NCBI RefSeq assembly: GCF_013365455.1
Contig: NZ_CP046578.1
Coordinates: 60,001-92,000 of the forward strand
From: Wolbachia endosymbiont of Dirofilaria (Dirofilaria) immitis
Lineage (GTDB): Bacteria; Pseudomonadota; Alphaproteobacteria; Rickettsiales; Anaplasmataceae
Length of the DNA stretch: 32,000 nucleotides
Reading direction: 5' to 3'
Part shown: positions 1 through 9,316 of the stretch, piece by piece
Layout of the letters: every line of letters begins with the position of its first letter
Numbering within the stretch: position 1 is the stretch's first letter
Notes under the pieces: generated by a model
What the model saw: only the letters and a program-made list of their open reading frames with translations
Databases searched by the model: none
What the model was told of the DNA's origin: nothing
Translations under genes and position numbers: made by a program

Positions 1-911
1 GCAGTTTGTAAAAAATGCAGATATGAAATTTCCTGCTTTGAATTGTGCTGTTTGGCTTACATTTTACAAAAAAAAGAATGTTCTTTTATGTCGTCATTGC
101 TCTTATCAATTGATGCTTCCAGAAGAATGTCCTAATTGCCTAAAGTGGACAGCCATTGTTTCTTTATGGTATAGGGATTGAAAGATTGCTTGAGAAAATA
201 GTAAAATTAATACCAAATGCAAGAACTGCGATTGTGAGTAGTGATCAGAAATCAGTGAGTAACATTATTGACTTAATATTGAAGGAGAAAGTGAATGTTA
301 TAATTGGTACGTAGATGATTGCTAAGAGACACAGTTTTTCTAAATTAACTTTAATTGGGATAATAAATGCAGATTTAGGACTTGAGAATTCTGATTTGAG
401 GGCAGCAGAAAAAAACTTATCAGTTATTGCATCAAGTTGTAGGAAGGTCTAGAAGGTTTAACAAAAGAGGGAGTTATTTTATGAAATTGAACTTGAGTTG
501 AGATTAAAAGCTAAAATACCACCTTTTAGAAGGTTAATAGCACTTATAATTTGCGGTAAGAATCAGATTGAAACACAAAAAGCAGCAAGTAGAATAACTA
601 GCTTTTTGTATAGTCAATGTTTAACTACTGCTTCTTCTTTATTGTCATTCAGTGTATAGTACCAGAATCTAGAAGAAAAGAATTTGAAATTTTTTGTTCC
701 ATTGCCGGCAGCAATAGATTTCTTAAGTAATAAGTATCGGTATAGGATATTACTGAAGATGTATAATAAACATTGTTTATCGGTACAAAAGAAGCTAAAA
801 CATTGGATTCAAGAATATAATTTAAATTCGAGCATCACAGTTACAGTAGATGTTAGTCCTGTGAGTTTTTTAACAGATTTATTACAGAATGTTAAGCCTA
901 AAATTAGATAA
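1..911 (+). pseudogene. priA: Decayed primosomal replication-restart helicase PriA (C-terminal half; 5' part lies outside the window)
   Basis: Pieces in three frames reassemble the PriA C-terminal half. Zinc-finger region: frame 1 'AVCKKCRYE', then frame 2 'NCAVWLTFYKKKNVLLCRHCSYQLMLPEECPNC' (nt ~2-145). Frame 3 from nt 168 reads 'GIGIERLLEKIVKLIPNARTAIVSSD..VNVIIGT*MIAKRHSFSKLTLIGIINADLGLENSDLRAAEK'. There, TAG at 312-314 replaces the Gln of the conserved GTQM(I/L)AKGH helicase motif. Further in-frame stops occur at 450-452 and 459-461. Then come 'PPFRRLIALI..' and the 684-911 ORF 'VPLPAAIDFLSNKYRYRILLK..VTVDVSPVSFL', which is the PriA C-terminal domain. At least 2 frameshifts and 3 stops. 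Confidence 0.8.
643..672. repeat. Degenerate copy of the dispersed palindromic-element unit, inside the priA pseudogene
   Basis: 'tgtcattcagtgtatagtaccagaatctag' shares both ends (tgtcatt... ...agaatct) and about 12 of 21 central positions with the ileS copy 'tgtcatttcaacatgtgactctagaatct' (14015-14043). It coincides with a stop in the priA reading frame ('LLSFSV*YQNLEE'). Confidence 0.45.
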
Positions 912-1461
912 TATTTTTTTATTCTATAGTTGATTAGGTAATTATCTACAAAAACTTTGTAAATTATGTTGGTTTATTGACCAAGCTCTTGATTTTTAGC
1001 AGAATTTATTATATTATTAACGTAATTAAAGCAAGGGGTATATAATCGAGTTAATTATGAAAGAATTTGTCAAGCTGGTAACAGAAAAAGTATTGGTTTA
1101 ATAGTAAACTTTATTGATAATGGTAAAGTAAAATTTGGTACTTGTTATAAATCTAATGGTTAAAAGGTGCTACATACAGAAGTTCTTCTTATTTTGCATG
1201 TAATCTGATAAGCAACTACTAGAAGATGTGATAAAGCATTTAAGAGGGGCGTTGCTGGATTATGTAAAGAACAATTTAATAAAGAATTAAGATAAAGGAC
1301 TTTATGCTTACATAAAATTTCAGAATAGAGAGGTGATATATTTATTACATTAAGCTATTAAAGTAATACACTTAGATAATGGCAGCCTTTTAGTAAAAGA
1401 CAAAAGGTAAGATTCTGTTGGATTTAGCTTAAGGAAAACAAGAGCTGCACTTTAATAATAA

Positions 1462-1664
1462 TATGAGGAGAATAAAGCTAAGTCAAAGAAGGGAAGAGCT
1501 AGATATAGTGATTTAATTGATATTGTGCCCAGTTTTTTCTTGATGTTGGATTAAGTATTGCTACTATTTTAGTAGCTATTAATGCTAGTTTAGATATAAT
1601 AGTAGTATTTCCTTTTATTGTTAGAATAGTGGCTGAATTGGCTGTAATCTTTTTGGTTATATAA
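1462..1664 (+). pseudogene. Frameshifted remnant of a small protein with a C-terminal paired hydrophobic segment
   Basis: Frame 1 'YEENKAKSKKGRARYSDLIDIVPSFF' joins frame 3 'LDVGLSIATILVAINASLDIIVVFPFIVRIVAELAVIFLVI*' if the T6 run at 1533-1538 is restored to T7. The result is two hydrophobic stretches separated by a polar turn (NASLD). No usable start codon; stops on both sides. More debris probably lies upstream (1057 onward), but it is not interpretable. Confidence 0.4.
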
Positions 1665-2006
1665 ATAAGCTAAAACGATGAATGGTGTTTGTTAATATGG
1701 TTCTGAATTCTCTTTTGTTTATAAGACATATAAAAATAAATAACTTGCTGACGAGAGTTTTACAAAAGAATTTATTGAGTAACACAAAAATCTTGATGTG
1801 TTTCCCTTGCTCATTGTAGTAAATTAGGTGCTTAAGTAACTTGCTTTTTAGGTCCTATAATAATTTCAGCTCTCAGTCAGTTTTATATAAGATTAAATTG
1901 CCGCTTTTTTCTTTTCTCACTTATTTTTATCTAAAGAAGCTAGAATCTAGTATAGATTTTTTCTACCTCTGTGATATTATAAATTTATGGTCATAGATAA
2001 GCAAAT

Positions 2007-3812
2007 ATGTATAGGTCGGCATACGCGATTATAGAACATCAGTATGATGTAGTGGTAGTAGGTGCAGGTGGAGCAGGGCTTAGAGCAGCACTTGGAATGT
2101 CTGCTACTAATTTTTCAGTTGCTTGTATCTCTAAGATCTTTCCTACGCGCAGTCATACAGTTGCAGCGCAGGGTGGAATCAGTGCAGCTTTAGGAAATAT
2201 TGCTGAGGATGATTGGCGCTGGCATGCGTATGATACAATAAAAGGGTCAGATTGGCTTGGTGATCAAGATGCAATAGAGTATATGTGTAAAAACGCTGCT
2301 GAGGCTGTTATTGAACTTGAAAATTTTGGTGTGCCTTTTTCGCGCACAGAAAAAGGCACAATATACCAGCGTTCTTTTGGCGGAATGACAACTCATTTTG
2401 GTAAGGGAAAATCAGCTCAGCGTACTTGTGCAGCGGCAGACAAAACTGGGCATGCAATTCTTCACACTCTATATCAGCAGTGTCTTAAATTCAATACTGA
2501 ATTTTTTGTTGAATACTTTGTGATTGACCTGATCATGGACAACAAAACTGGGGCTTGCTGTGGAGTTTTTGCCTGGTCGCTATGCGATGGTACGCTGCAT
2601 AAATTTCGCGCACATTTGGTGGTATTAGCAACAGGTGGATGTGGGCGTGTTTACTTTTCTACAACGAGTGCACACACCTGTACAGGTGATGGTAATGGTA
2701 TGGTAGTAAGAGCTGGATTGCCACTTGAAGACATGGAGTTTGTGCAATTTCACCCAACGGGAATATATGGTTCGGGATGCTTGATGACAGAAGGGTGTCG
2801 AGGAGAAGGTGGATACCTTATTAATTCTCAAGGTGAGAGATTTATGGAACGCTATGCACCTAAGGCAAAGGACTTAGCTTCTCGCGATGTAGTGAGTCGT
2901 GCGATAACAGTTGAAATTAGGGAAGGGAGAGGAGTTGGGCCAAAGAAAGACTGTGTATACTTAACTATAGCACATCTTGATCCAGAAGTAATAAAATTAA
3001 GGCTTCCAGGAATTAGCGAAACCGCAAAGACTTTTGCAGGAGTTGATGTTACTAAAGATCCAATACCGGTTATTCCAACTGTTCACTACAATATGGGTGG
3101 CATTCCAACTAATTATCATGGGGAGGTGGTTACGTTACAAAAAGGTAACGAGCAAGTAGTAGAAGGATTATTTGCAATTGGAGAAGCTGCATGTATTTCT
3201 ATACACGGTGCAAATCGACTTGGTTCTAATTCACTTCTTGATCTCGTAGTTTTTGGTAGAGCTGCAGCACTAAGAGCGAAGGAAAAATTAAAGCTCAATA
3301 TGCCACATAGAAAGTTGCAATCAGATTGTACGGATTGGATAGTAGATAGGTTTCACAAGATGCGATTTGCTTCTGGAGGGTTTAGAGTAGCGAAAATACG
3401 CAATGAAATGCAGAACACTATGCAAAAATGTGCATCGGTATTTCGTGTTGCTGAGGTTTTAAAAGAAGGTAAGAAAGCTATAAAAGAAGTAGCAAAAATG
3501 ATGCCTGATATTATGGTTAAAGATCGCAGTATGATATGGAATAGCGATTTAGTTGAAGCGCTAGAACTTGCTAACATGATTCCACAGGCAGTTATTATCA
3601 TGGAGTGCGCAGCTAATCGCGAGGAAAGCAGAGGTGCTCATGCTCGTGAAGATTTTCCTAAGCGTGATGATGAAAACTGGATGAAGCACACTATGGCGTG
3701 GCTTGAAGAGAAAAAAGATGAAATCAATGTAAAAATCGATTACAAAAAAGTTGCTGGAAAAACTCTGAGTGATGAGATTGACTTTATAGCGCCAGAAAAG
3801 AGGATTTATTAA
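2007..3812 (+). CDS. sdhA: Succinate dehydrogenase flavoprotein subunit
   Basis: 601-aa ORF. N-terminal FAD fold '[14 protein letters not shown]'; covalent-FAD histidine context '[10 protein letters not shown]'; 'HPTG', 'CRGEGG', '[11 protein letters not shown]'; C-terminal '..KRIY'. Confidence 0.97.
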   Translation: MYRSAYAIIEHQYDVVVVGAGGAGLRAALGMSATNFSVACISKIFPTRSHTVAAQGGISAALGNIAEDDWRWHAYDTIKGSDWLGDQDAIEYMCKNAAEAVIELENFGVPFSRTEKGTIYQRSFGGMTTHFGKGKSAQRTCAAADKTGHAILHTLYQQCLKFNTEFFVEYFVIDLIMDNKTGACCGVFAWSLCDGTLHKFRAHLVVLATGGCGRVYFSTTSAHTCTGDGNGMVVRAGLPLEDMEFVQFHPTGIYGSGCLMTEGCRGEGGYLINSQGERFMERYAPKAKDLASRDVVSRAITVEIREGRGVGPKKDCVYLTIAHLDPEVIKLRLPGISETAKTFAGVDVTKDPIPVIPTVHYNMGGIPTNYHGEVVTLQKGNEQVVEGLFAIGEAACISIHGANRLGSNSLLDLVVFGRAAALRAKEKLKLNMPHRKLQSDCTDWIVDRFHKMRFASGGFRVAKIRNEMQNTMQKCASVFRVAEVLKEGKKAIKEVAKMMPDIMVKDRSMIWNSDLVEALELANMIPQAVIIMECAANREESRGAHAREDFPKRDDENWMKHTMAWLEEKKDEINVKIDYKKVAGKTLSDEIDFIAPEKRIY

Positions 3813-6378
3813 TTTGCTTGTTAAATTCTAATAATTCCTGGGTGAGTTGGGATATTGATATACTGTCTATTTTAGAATTAGGGAGGTTTTCAGTATGTTT
3901 TAATTGGTTTTGCAGTTCTTTTTGTTTTTCTAAATCATTGAGCTGATTTTCTATCTTTTTGGAAGAAGGGCTATTGTATTGTATATTACTTTGGGGTGTA
4001 GTTTGCTTTTCTTTGATGAGTTCCTCTTTAATTTTTTTAAATCCTTTGTAAATATTTTCTAAATTTAGGCAGATAAGATAGCAGACTCCTATGGCTGTTA
4101 TAGTAAATGATGCAGTAATAATTGTAATACTTCCCTGAGCAATACTGAATACTACTGCACAGGTTAGAGCAGCAAACACAAGCGTTGTCACTACTTTGTA
4201 AGTAATGTTGTTGACATGTTTCACAATATCACGTGCTTTAAATTTCTTACCAAAATTAAGTTTTAGTTTAGTTCTCATGTCATTTGGAATAAGTAATTTA
4301 CCCATTGACTTCTCTATTTCTTTTATAGTTTTATAGTACTCTTTATTCCATGATGGTTTAGATAGTATTAATTGCTTTGGGTCAGCGCCATTTTGTAGTA
4401 ATTTTACACAGAACTTAATTGTGTTATTGTGGTTTTTAGGATTGTGGTGGTGATTATACCTATCTTTTACTATTTTAGAAGTTAACGCTACTTGTAGCGG
4501 TGTTTGTTTTTTGCCGTTGCTAGTGTTTATAGCTTTATTTAGCTTATCCTCAGATATATTCCCGTATTTTACTACTAGATCCAAGCATATAACCTTTTGT
4601 TCTCCTTTGAGTAAAGCAATATAGTGCAGAGCATTCTTTTTGTTACTGTCTTTGATAGTGATATCAGCACCGTTTTCTAATAGTAGCTTTAAGGCTTTGT
4701 ATCTTTTAGTATTCTCAAAACTTGCCAGTGAAGGTTTTTTGCTCTTTTTTTGCATGTATTGGAGTAGTTGGTGGAGTGGTGTTTGTCCTTTCTCATTAAT
4801 AGCATTAATAGCATAACTAAATTCGTCTTTGCTTAAAATCAACTTCAAGTATGCAATTCTTTGTTTTCCCTTGAATGGAACAATATAATGCAAAGCGTTA
4901 TTCTCTTTTTTATCCTGAATGGTAATATCAGCACCATTTTCCATCAATAGCTTGAAGACTTTATACTTGTTAGTATTTTTGAATTCTTTTTTTACTATAT
5001 TTTTTATTTTGCTTATTAATGAAGATTTTTTGCTCCTTTCCTGTATGTGCTGGAGTAGTTGATGGAGAGGTGTTTGTCCTTCTTGATTCTTGTTATTATT
5101 TATGGCATTAATAAATTGTTCTTTTTGACCTACTTTTAGTAATATATTGAGGAATTCAAGCTTTTGTTCTTTTTTCAATTTTGAAACTATCAGGTGTAGA
5201 GCATTATTGCCATTTACATCTTTAAGGCTGACATTTAACCCTTTTTGTAACAGTTTTTTAAAAAGTTTTTTATCGTAATTATTAATTGCTGAATGTAGTA
5301 GATAATTATTATTAATATCTAAAATATTTATAATTCGTGTTATAATATCTTTAATTTTTTTTTCTATATCAGATTTCTGCTCTAGTTTGGATTGCTTTAC
5401 TAACTCTGTTAATTTTTCTGAGAAATTACAATAGTATGCCTTTTGCTCTTCTCTTAATCCTTGTAATTCTTCTATAAATAATTCTAAATTACTATAGCTG
5501 GTTCTATATTTTAACAATTTTACGAAAAATTTAAGCGTGTTATTGTTATCCTGTAGTGTATGAGACTTATGTTTTTCTTTTGTTATTTTATTAATTGTTG
5601 CTTCCTGAATAGAAGTCTTTTCCTGATCTTGACTATTAATAAGCTGTTCTGGATTTTTTTTGCTAACAGTTTTAATTAGGGTACTGAAAAACTTAAGTTT
5701 CTGTTTCCTTTTTAGCGATACAATAGGGTATAAAATATTCTTTTCTTTCTTATCTTTTATGTCGCTAATATCTATGTAGCTTTTTAGGTGTTTTCTAAAT
5801 TTTCTATCATTTTGATCTTTAATCGCCTTCAGCAATTGAATACTATTATTTACTGCTCTGTTATTTATTTCTACTTTGTAATCATCTTCAATGTTGCTGC
5901 CGTAGCCACTTTCTGGTTTGCTACCTTTGCTGTTCTTGTAGTTATTTTTCTTGTGGGCAGTACTATTAAAGCAATGTTTACTGTTACAAGTAACTTCTAA
6001 AATTACTTGTCTTATTTCCTCTTTTTTTGTATAGTTTAATTCTTTTGATATCTTTTTATTTAATACTGGGATAAAGCACTGGGTATAGTGTCTATAGTAT
6101 TTTTCTTGTTTTCTTAGTGTTTCTTTTAGTATAGCTAATACTTTAAGGCTAGCACCTTTCTTGATTAGCCTTTTGTACTTCTTGATAATTCTATCTCGGC
6201 TTCTTGGTTTTTTGTGTTTATGCTCTTCTTTTTTTACCTTTTTCTCTATAACATTATACAGTTGTTCACTTTTTCTCTCTTGTTCTTGCCTTTCATTTTT
6301 ATCTATGCACCCTTCTAATTTATTCACGTTAGTAGTTAGTGCATTTATATCTATATTCATATAAATCCTCGATATCAA
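3784..6378 (-). CDS. Ankyrin-repeat protein with a C-terminal double hydrophobic segment and a coiled-coil tail (orphan, effector-like)
   Basis: 864-aa ORF. The track start is TTG at 6378; ATG at 6360 ('MNIDINAL') is more plausible. ANK signatures: '[10 protein letters not shown]', '[10 protein letters not shown]' (x2), '[24 protein letters not shown]', '[24 protein letters not shown]', '[10 protein letters not shown]' (nt ~4380-5310). A 43-aa hydrophobic block '[43 protein letters not shown]' (nt 4066-4194) is split by the polar turn AQGS. It is followed by a 93-aa Lys/Glu/Gln-rich tail. The N-terminal ~400 aa are Lys-rich and low-complexity. The 3' end overlaps the sdhA 3' end by 29 nt. Confidence 0.85.
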   Translation of the reverse strand: MISRIYMNIDINALTTNVNKLEGCIDKNERQEQERKSEQLYNVIEKKVKKEEHKHKKPRSRDRIIKKYKRLIKKGASLKVLAILKETLRKQEKYYRHYTQCFIPVLNKKISKELNYTKKEEIRQVILEVTCNSKHCFNSTAHKKNNYKNSKGSKPESGYGSNIEDDYKVEINNRAVNNSIQLLKAIKDQNDRKFRKHLKSYIDISDIKDKKEKNILYPIVSLKRKQKLKFFSTLIKTVSKKNPEQLINSQDQEKTSIQEATINKITKEKHKSHTLQDNNNTLKFFVKLLKYRTSYSNLELFIEELQGLREEQKAYYCNFSEKLTELVKQSKLEQKSDIEKKIKDIITRIINILDINNNYLLHSAINNYDKKLFKKLLQKGLNVSLKDVNGNNALHLIVSKLKKEQKLEFLNILLKVGQKEQFINAINNNKNQEGQTPLHQLLQHIQERSKKSSLISKIKNIVKKEFKNTNKYKVFKLLMENGADITIQDKKENNALHYIVPFKGKQRIAYLKLILSKDEFSYAINAINEKGQTPLHQLLQYMQKKSKKPSLASFENTKRYKALKLLLENGADITIKDSNKKNALHYIALLKGEQKVICLDLVVKYGNISEDKLNKAINTSNGKKQTPLQVALTSKIVKDRYNHHHNPKNHNNTIKFCVKLLQNGADPKQLILSKPSWNKEYYKTIKEIEKSMGKLLIPNDMRTKLKLNFGKKFKARDIVKHVNNITYKVVTTLVFAALTCAVVFSIAQGSITIITASFTITAIGVCYLICLNLENIYKGFKKIKEELIKEKQTTPQSNIQYNSPSSKKIENQLNDLEKQKELQNQLKHTENLPNSKIDSISISQLTQELLEFNKQINKSSFLAL
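4420..5370 (-). repeat. Intragenic tandem repeat of ~280-290 bp (about 95-aa ANK-pair units, 3-4 diverged copies)
   Basis: Unit starts (minus strand) are at 5079 ([13 protein letters not shown]), 4788 ([13 protein letters not shown]) and 4509 (KQTPLQ), giving periods of 291 and 279 nt. Matching DNA blocks include 'ggagtagttgatggagaggtgtttgtcc' (5051-5079) versus 'ggagtagttggtggagtggtgtttgtcc' (4761-4788), and 'atatcagcaccattttc' versus 'atatcagcaccgttttc'. Confidence 0.75.
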
Positions 6379-6822
6379 AGCTGTTTAGCTATTAGTACAG
6401 AAGCTTAATCTACTGAAACTTAGCAGCAAAAATTTGGGTTAGGCTTTTAAATTAGCTAAATGTTGTATTTATGAAAATAAGATGGAAAGGCAGAAAATTA
6501 GTTTCTATTGGAAAATTTGCCATCGTAACTATGACTCCACTTTAACGTTTATCTGCTATTTTTAACCTTTTAATCTTAAAAAAGAATGAACGTAGCCAAG
6601 GTTGATCTCAATTACTTTAGCTTAAGTTGTTTTTGAAGAATAAAAAAGATGATAATAAAGCTTTATTTTTACATATGTGGAAAATGGTAGCTTTGTGATG
6701 TGTATTATTTTCATGGAGGTCAAAAAGTGAAGATAAGATTTTATGTATATACTGCATTTTAATTTAGTTGTGTTTTATAAAAAAGGCTTTAGAATTTAGT
6801 AAATATTGACATATGCAAACCC

Positions 6823-8154
6823 GTGACTAAGACTTGGAGCCTATTACAAGTAGGGCAAAAGGAAAATTATAAGGTGGCATATATAAATGCTCGTATTATT
6901 GATCCAGAGACTAAGCTTGATATAAAAGGCTCACTATTAACCGAGGGGAGTAAGATTATTGATTTTGGTGAGTCATTGTTTTCAAATAGAGTGCCAAGTG
7001 GAATTGATGAGACGGTAGACTGCAAAGGGCTTGTTCTGATGCCAGGCCTTATTGATATTCATGTGCATTTTCGTGAACCAGGTCAAGAATATAAAGAGAC
7101 TATATATACAGGCAGCAAATCTGCAGCTGCGGGAGGTGTAACAACTGTAGTTTGTCAGCCTAATACTGTTCCAGCAATAGATAGTATTGTCTTGGCTAAG
7201 TATTTGAAATATAGAGCACTTGAAACTTCACATGTGAATGTTGAGTTCTATGCTAAAATCACTATTTCAGAAGAAAGGTTGACAGAAATGGCGCTTTTGA
7301 AAGAAGCAGGTGCAATTGGGTTTACTGATGATGGTATGCCAGTTATGAATCCAATGGTTATGAGGCAAGGAATGCTTTATTCGAGTATGTTAAATGTTCC
7401 TATTGCACAGCATGCAGAAGATTTAAATTTATCAGCAGGTGGTGCAATCAATGCAGGTAAGGTTTCTGAGGAATTAGGGATAAGGGGAATTTTAAGTACT
7501 TCAGAGTCGGTTATGGTGAGTCGTGATATATTGCTCATGAAAGATATAGAAAATGTGCACTATCACATTTTACATATTTCGTCAAAAGATTCGCTTGATG
7601 CTGTTAGGCATGCAAAAAATTTAGGGTTAAATGTTACGTGTGAGGTGACTCCTCATCACTTCGCTTTAACTGAAGATGTAGTAAAACAGCATGGAGCAGT
7701 TGCAAAAGTAAACCCGCCACTTCGTACTGAAGGAGATCGTTTGGCTATGGTTGAAGGTTTAAAAACAGGTGTGATCGATTGCATTGCAACTGATCATGCG
7801 CCGCATGATCGTGGTTCTAAAGATCTATCACTAGAAGATGCTACATTTGGTATCGTAGGTCTTGAAACAGTTCTGCCTCTTTCACTTGAGCTTTATCATA
7901 GTGGACAAATGAGTTTGTTTGATGTACTAGCAAAGCTTACATATAAACCTGCAGATATAATACATCTACCACGTGGTCGTATACAAAAAAACCTTGCTGC
8001 AGACTTAATTTTAGTTGACCTGAATCATAAATGGGAAGTTAAAATTGATGATTTTGCTAGTAAATCAAAGAATTCTCCTTTTAACGGACGCAAGGTAAAA
8101 GGACACGTAGTACGCACTATTGTGTCTGGTAAAACTGTGTATTTATACAAATGA
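6823..8154 (+). CDS. pyrC: Dihydroorotase
   Basis: 443-aa ORF. Metal-binding 'DIHVHFREPG' and 'ATDHAPH', amidohydrolase fold. The start is uncertain: GTG at 6823 in the track, or an alternative GTG at 6874 preceded by 'aagga'. Confidence 0.93.
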   Translation: MTKTWSLLQVGQKENYKVAYINARIIDPETKLDIKGSLLTEGSKIIDFGESLFSNRVPSGIDETVDCKGLVLMPGLIDIHVHFREPGQEYKETIYTGSKSAAAGGVTTVVCQPNTVPAIDSIVLAKYLKYRALETSHVNVEFYAKITISEERLTEMALLKEAGAIGFTDDGMPVMNPMVMRQGMLYSSMLNVPIAQHAEDLNLSAGGAINAGKVSEELGIRGILSTSESVMVSRDILLMKDIENVHYHILHISSKDSLDAVRHAKNLGLNVTCEVTPHHFALTEDVVKQHGAVAKVNPPLRTEGDRLAMVEGLKTGVIDCIATDHAPHDRGSKDLSLEDATFGIVGLETVLPLSLELYHSGQMSLFDVLAKLTYKPADIIHLPRGRIQKNLAADLILVDLNHKWEVKIDDFASKSKNSPFNGRKVKGHVVRTIVSGKTVYLYK

Positions 8155-8600
8155 TTTTTGCAGATGGCTATACTTATACAGCCGTGAAAAATTTTATTAT
8201 TTATGCTAATAATAACTTTTTTTTTGAGCTTGACAACTTTATTGTAAGTATAAAAATGCTGTAGCAAATTCTAACTCTTTTCATTATATCTAAATTAACT
8301 TGGCTACAAATTCTTTTGTCTTTAGCAGAGCGTTTTTATGTTTTCTAGATAAGGAATAGGTTTTCTGTGATTCGATATTCTGTTGACCTATTGATTTAGT
8401 TATGTTTCGGAGTTTATATTTGGGATAGTACGTTATCTTTAGATTTGCACAAAATTAATTCTATTATAGATACATGCTTTAGTAAATTATCACCTGCAGG
8501 AAGGTAAAAGTTTGTTTTTGTCAGCATACTTTGGTTTAAAGTCTTTATTTTTTGTTCAGTCACTACAAAGTAGCATAACTTGATGATGAAACAGTAAACT

Positions 8601-8628
8601 AATATTAGAGATAAAGATCTCTAATATT
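8601..8628. repeat. Perfect 12-bp inverted repeat (hairpin) in gene debris
   Basis: 'aatattagagat'(8601-8612)-aaag-'atctctaatatt'(8617-8628). The arms are exact reverse complements. AT-rich; no adjacent gene. Confidence 0.6.
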
Positions 8629-9316
8629 GAAATGAAATTGCCTGTTAAACAAAATGTAAATCCTTCTCCCAAAGTTTGAGCTGGAGCTTTTCTATATATT
8701 TTACAAGCTCTTTTCCTACCTATATTTTTTTTATTAAGATCATCTTCTGTGTTTTAAAAAGTAGAAATATATGGATCATTTTAATGTAAATATGCTAGAT
8801 TTGATTAAGAGATGATAACTTGTCTTTAAAATTAATAATTACTTACCCTTGATATGTATGTAATTCATATTCTTTTGTATTACTATAATGTTATATATTC
8901 AACCGTATTCTATAGTTTTTTGAGAGTAGAAAAGTTCCTATTGTAAGTTTTTATCTTGTCGATAATCACTATATTATATGAAGCTAAGGCAATTGTGCAG
9001 CAATCTCCTGCATGGATTTAATATTAGGGTACTACTCTTCAGTGAATTTACATGTATGTTTTAAATTTCTCATGCTTAAAACCTTTCATTTCTGTGAATA
9101 CCCTTTTCTGGAAATCTTTTGCTTGATTGATATCAATATTTTTTACTTCATAATCATGTTCTCTTTGGGGTTTTAAGATCTATACTAACATGATAGTAAG
9201 ATAAAATAAGCTTGTTTATTTACTGCGAATGTTGCTTTATAATGACTGTTTAATGCGAATCTTTAGCTGTTCTGAGAGTCTTATGTGCGCTTTTCCCCCA
9301 TAATTTTTGCACTAGC

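Noticed and set aside
684-911. 75-aa ORF that could be called as a small standalone gene
   Set aside because: Its sequence ('VPLPAAIDFLSNKYRYRILLK..VDVSPVSFL') is the C-terminal domain of PriA. It continues the frameshifted fragments upstream, so it is part of the priA pseudogene.
2625-3601. Three minus-strand ORFs (2625-2831, 3116-3298, 3353-3601) inside sdhA
   Set aside because: These are shadow ORFs antisense to a strongly conserved gene, with odd Cys/Ser/Thr-rich composition and no ribosome-binding sites. I made the same judgement for 5788-6000 and 6161-6364 (antisense to the ANK gene), 8025-8267, 11626-11808, 13670-13960, 14137-14376, 15310-15492, 18265-18486, 18545-18736, 19401-19637 and 20643-20840.
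6361-6378. TTG start at 6378 for the ANK ORF, as given in the ORF track
   Set aside because: ATG at 6360 (MNIDINAL..) is only six codons downstream and is a more conventional start. The upstream extension is kept only as the outer bound.
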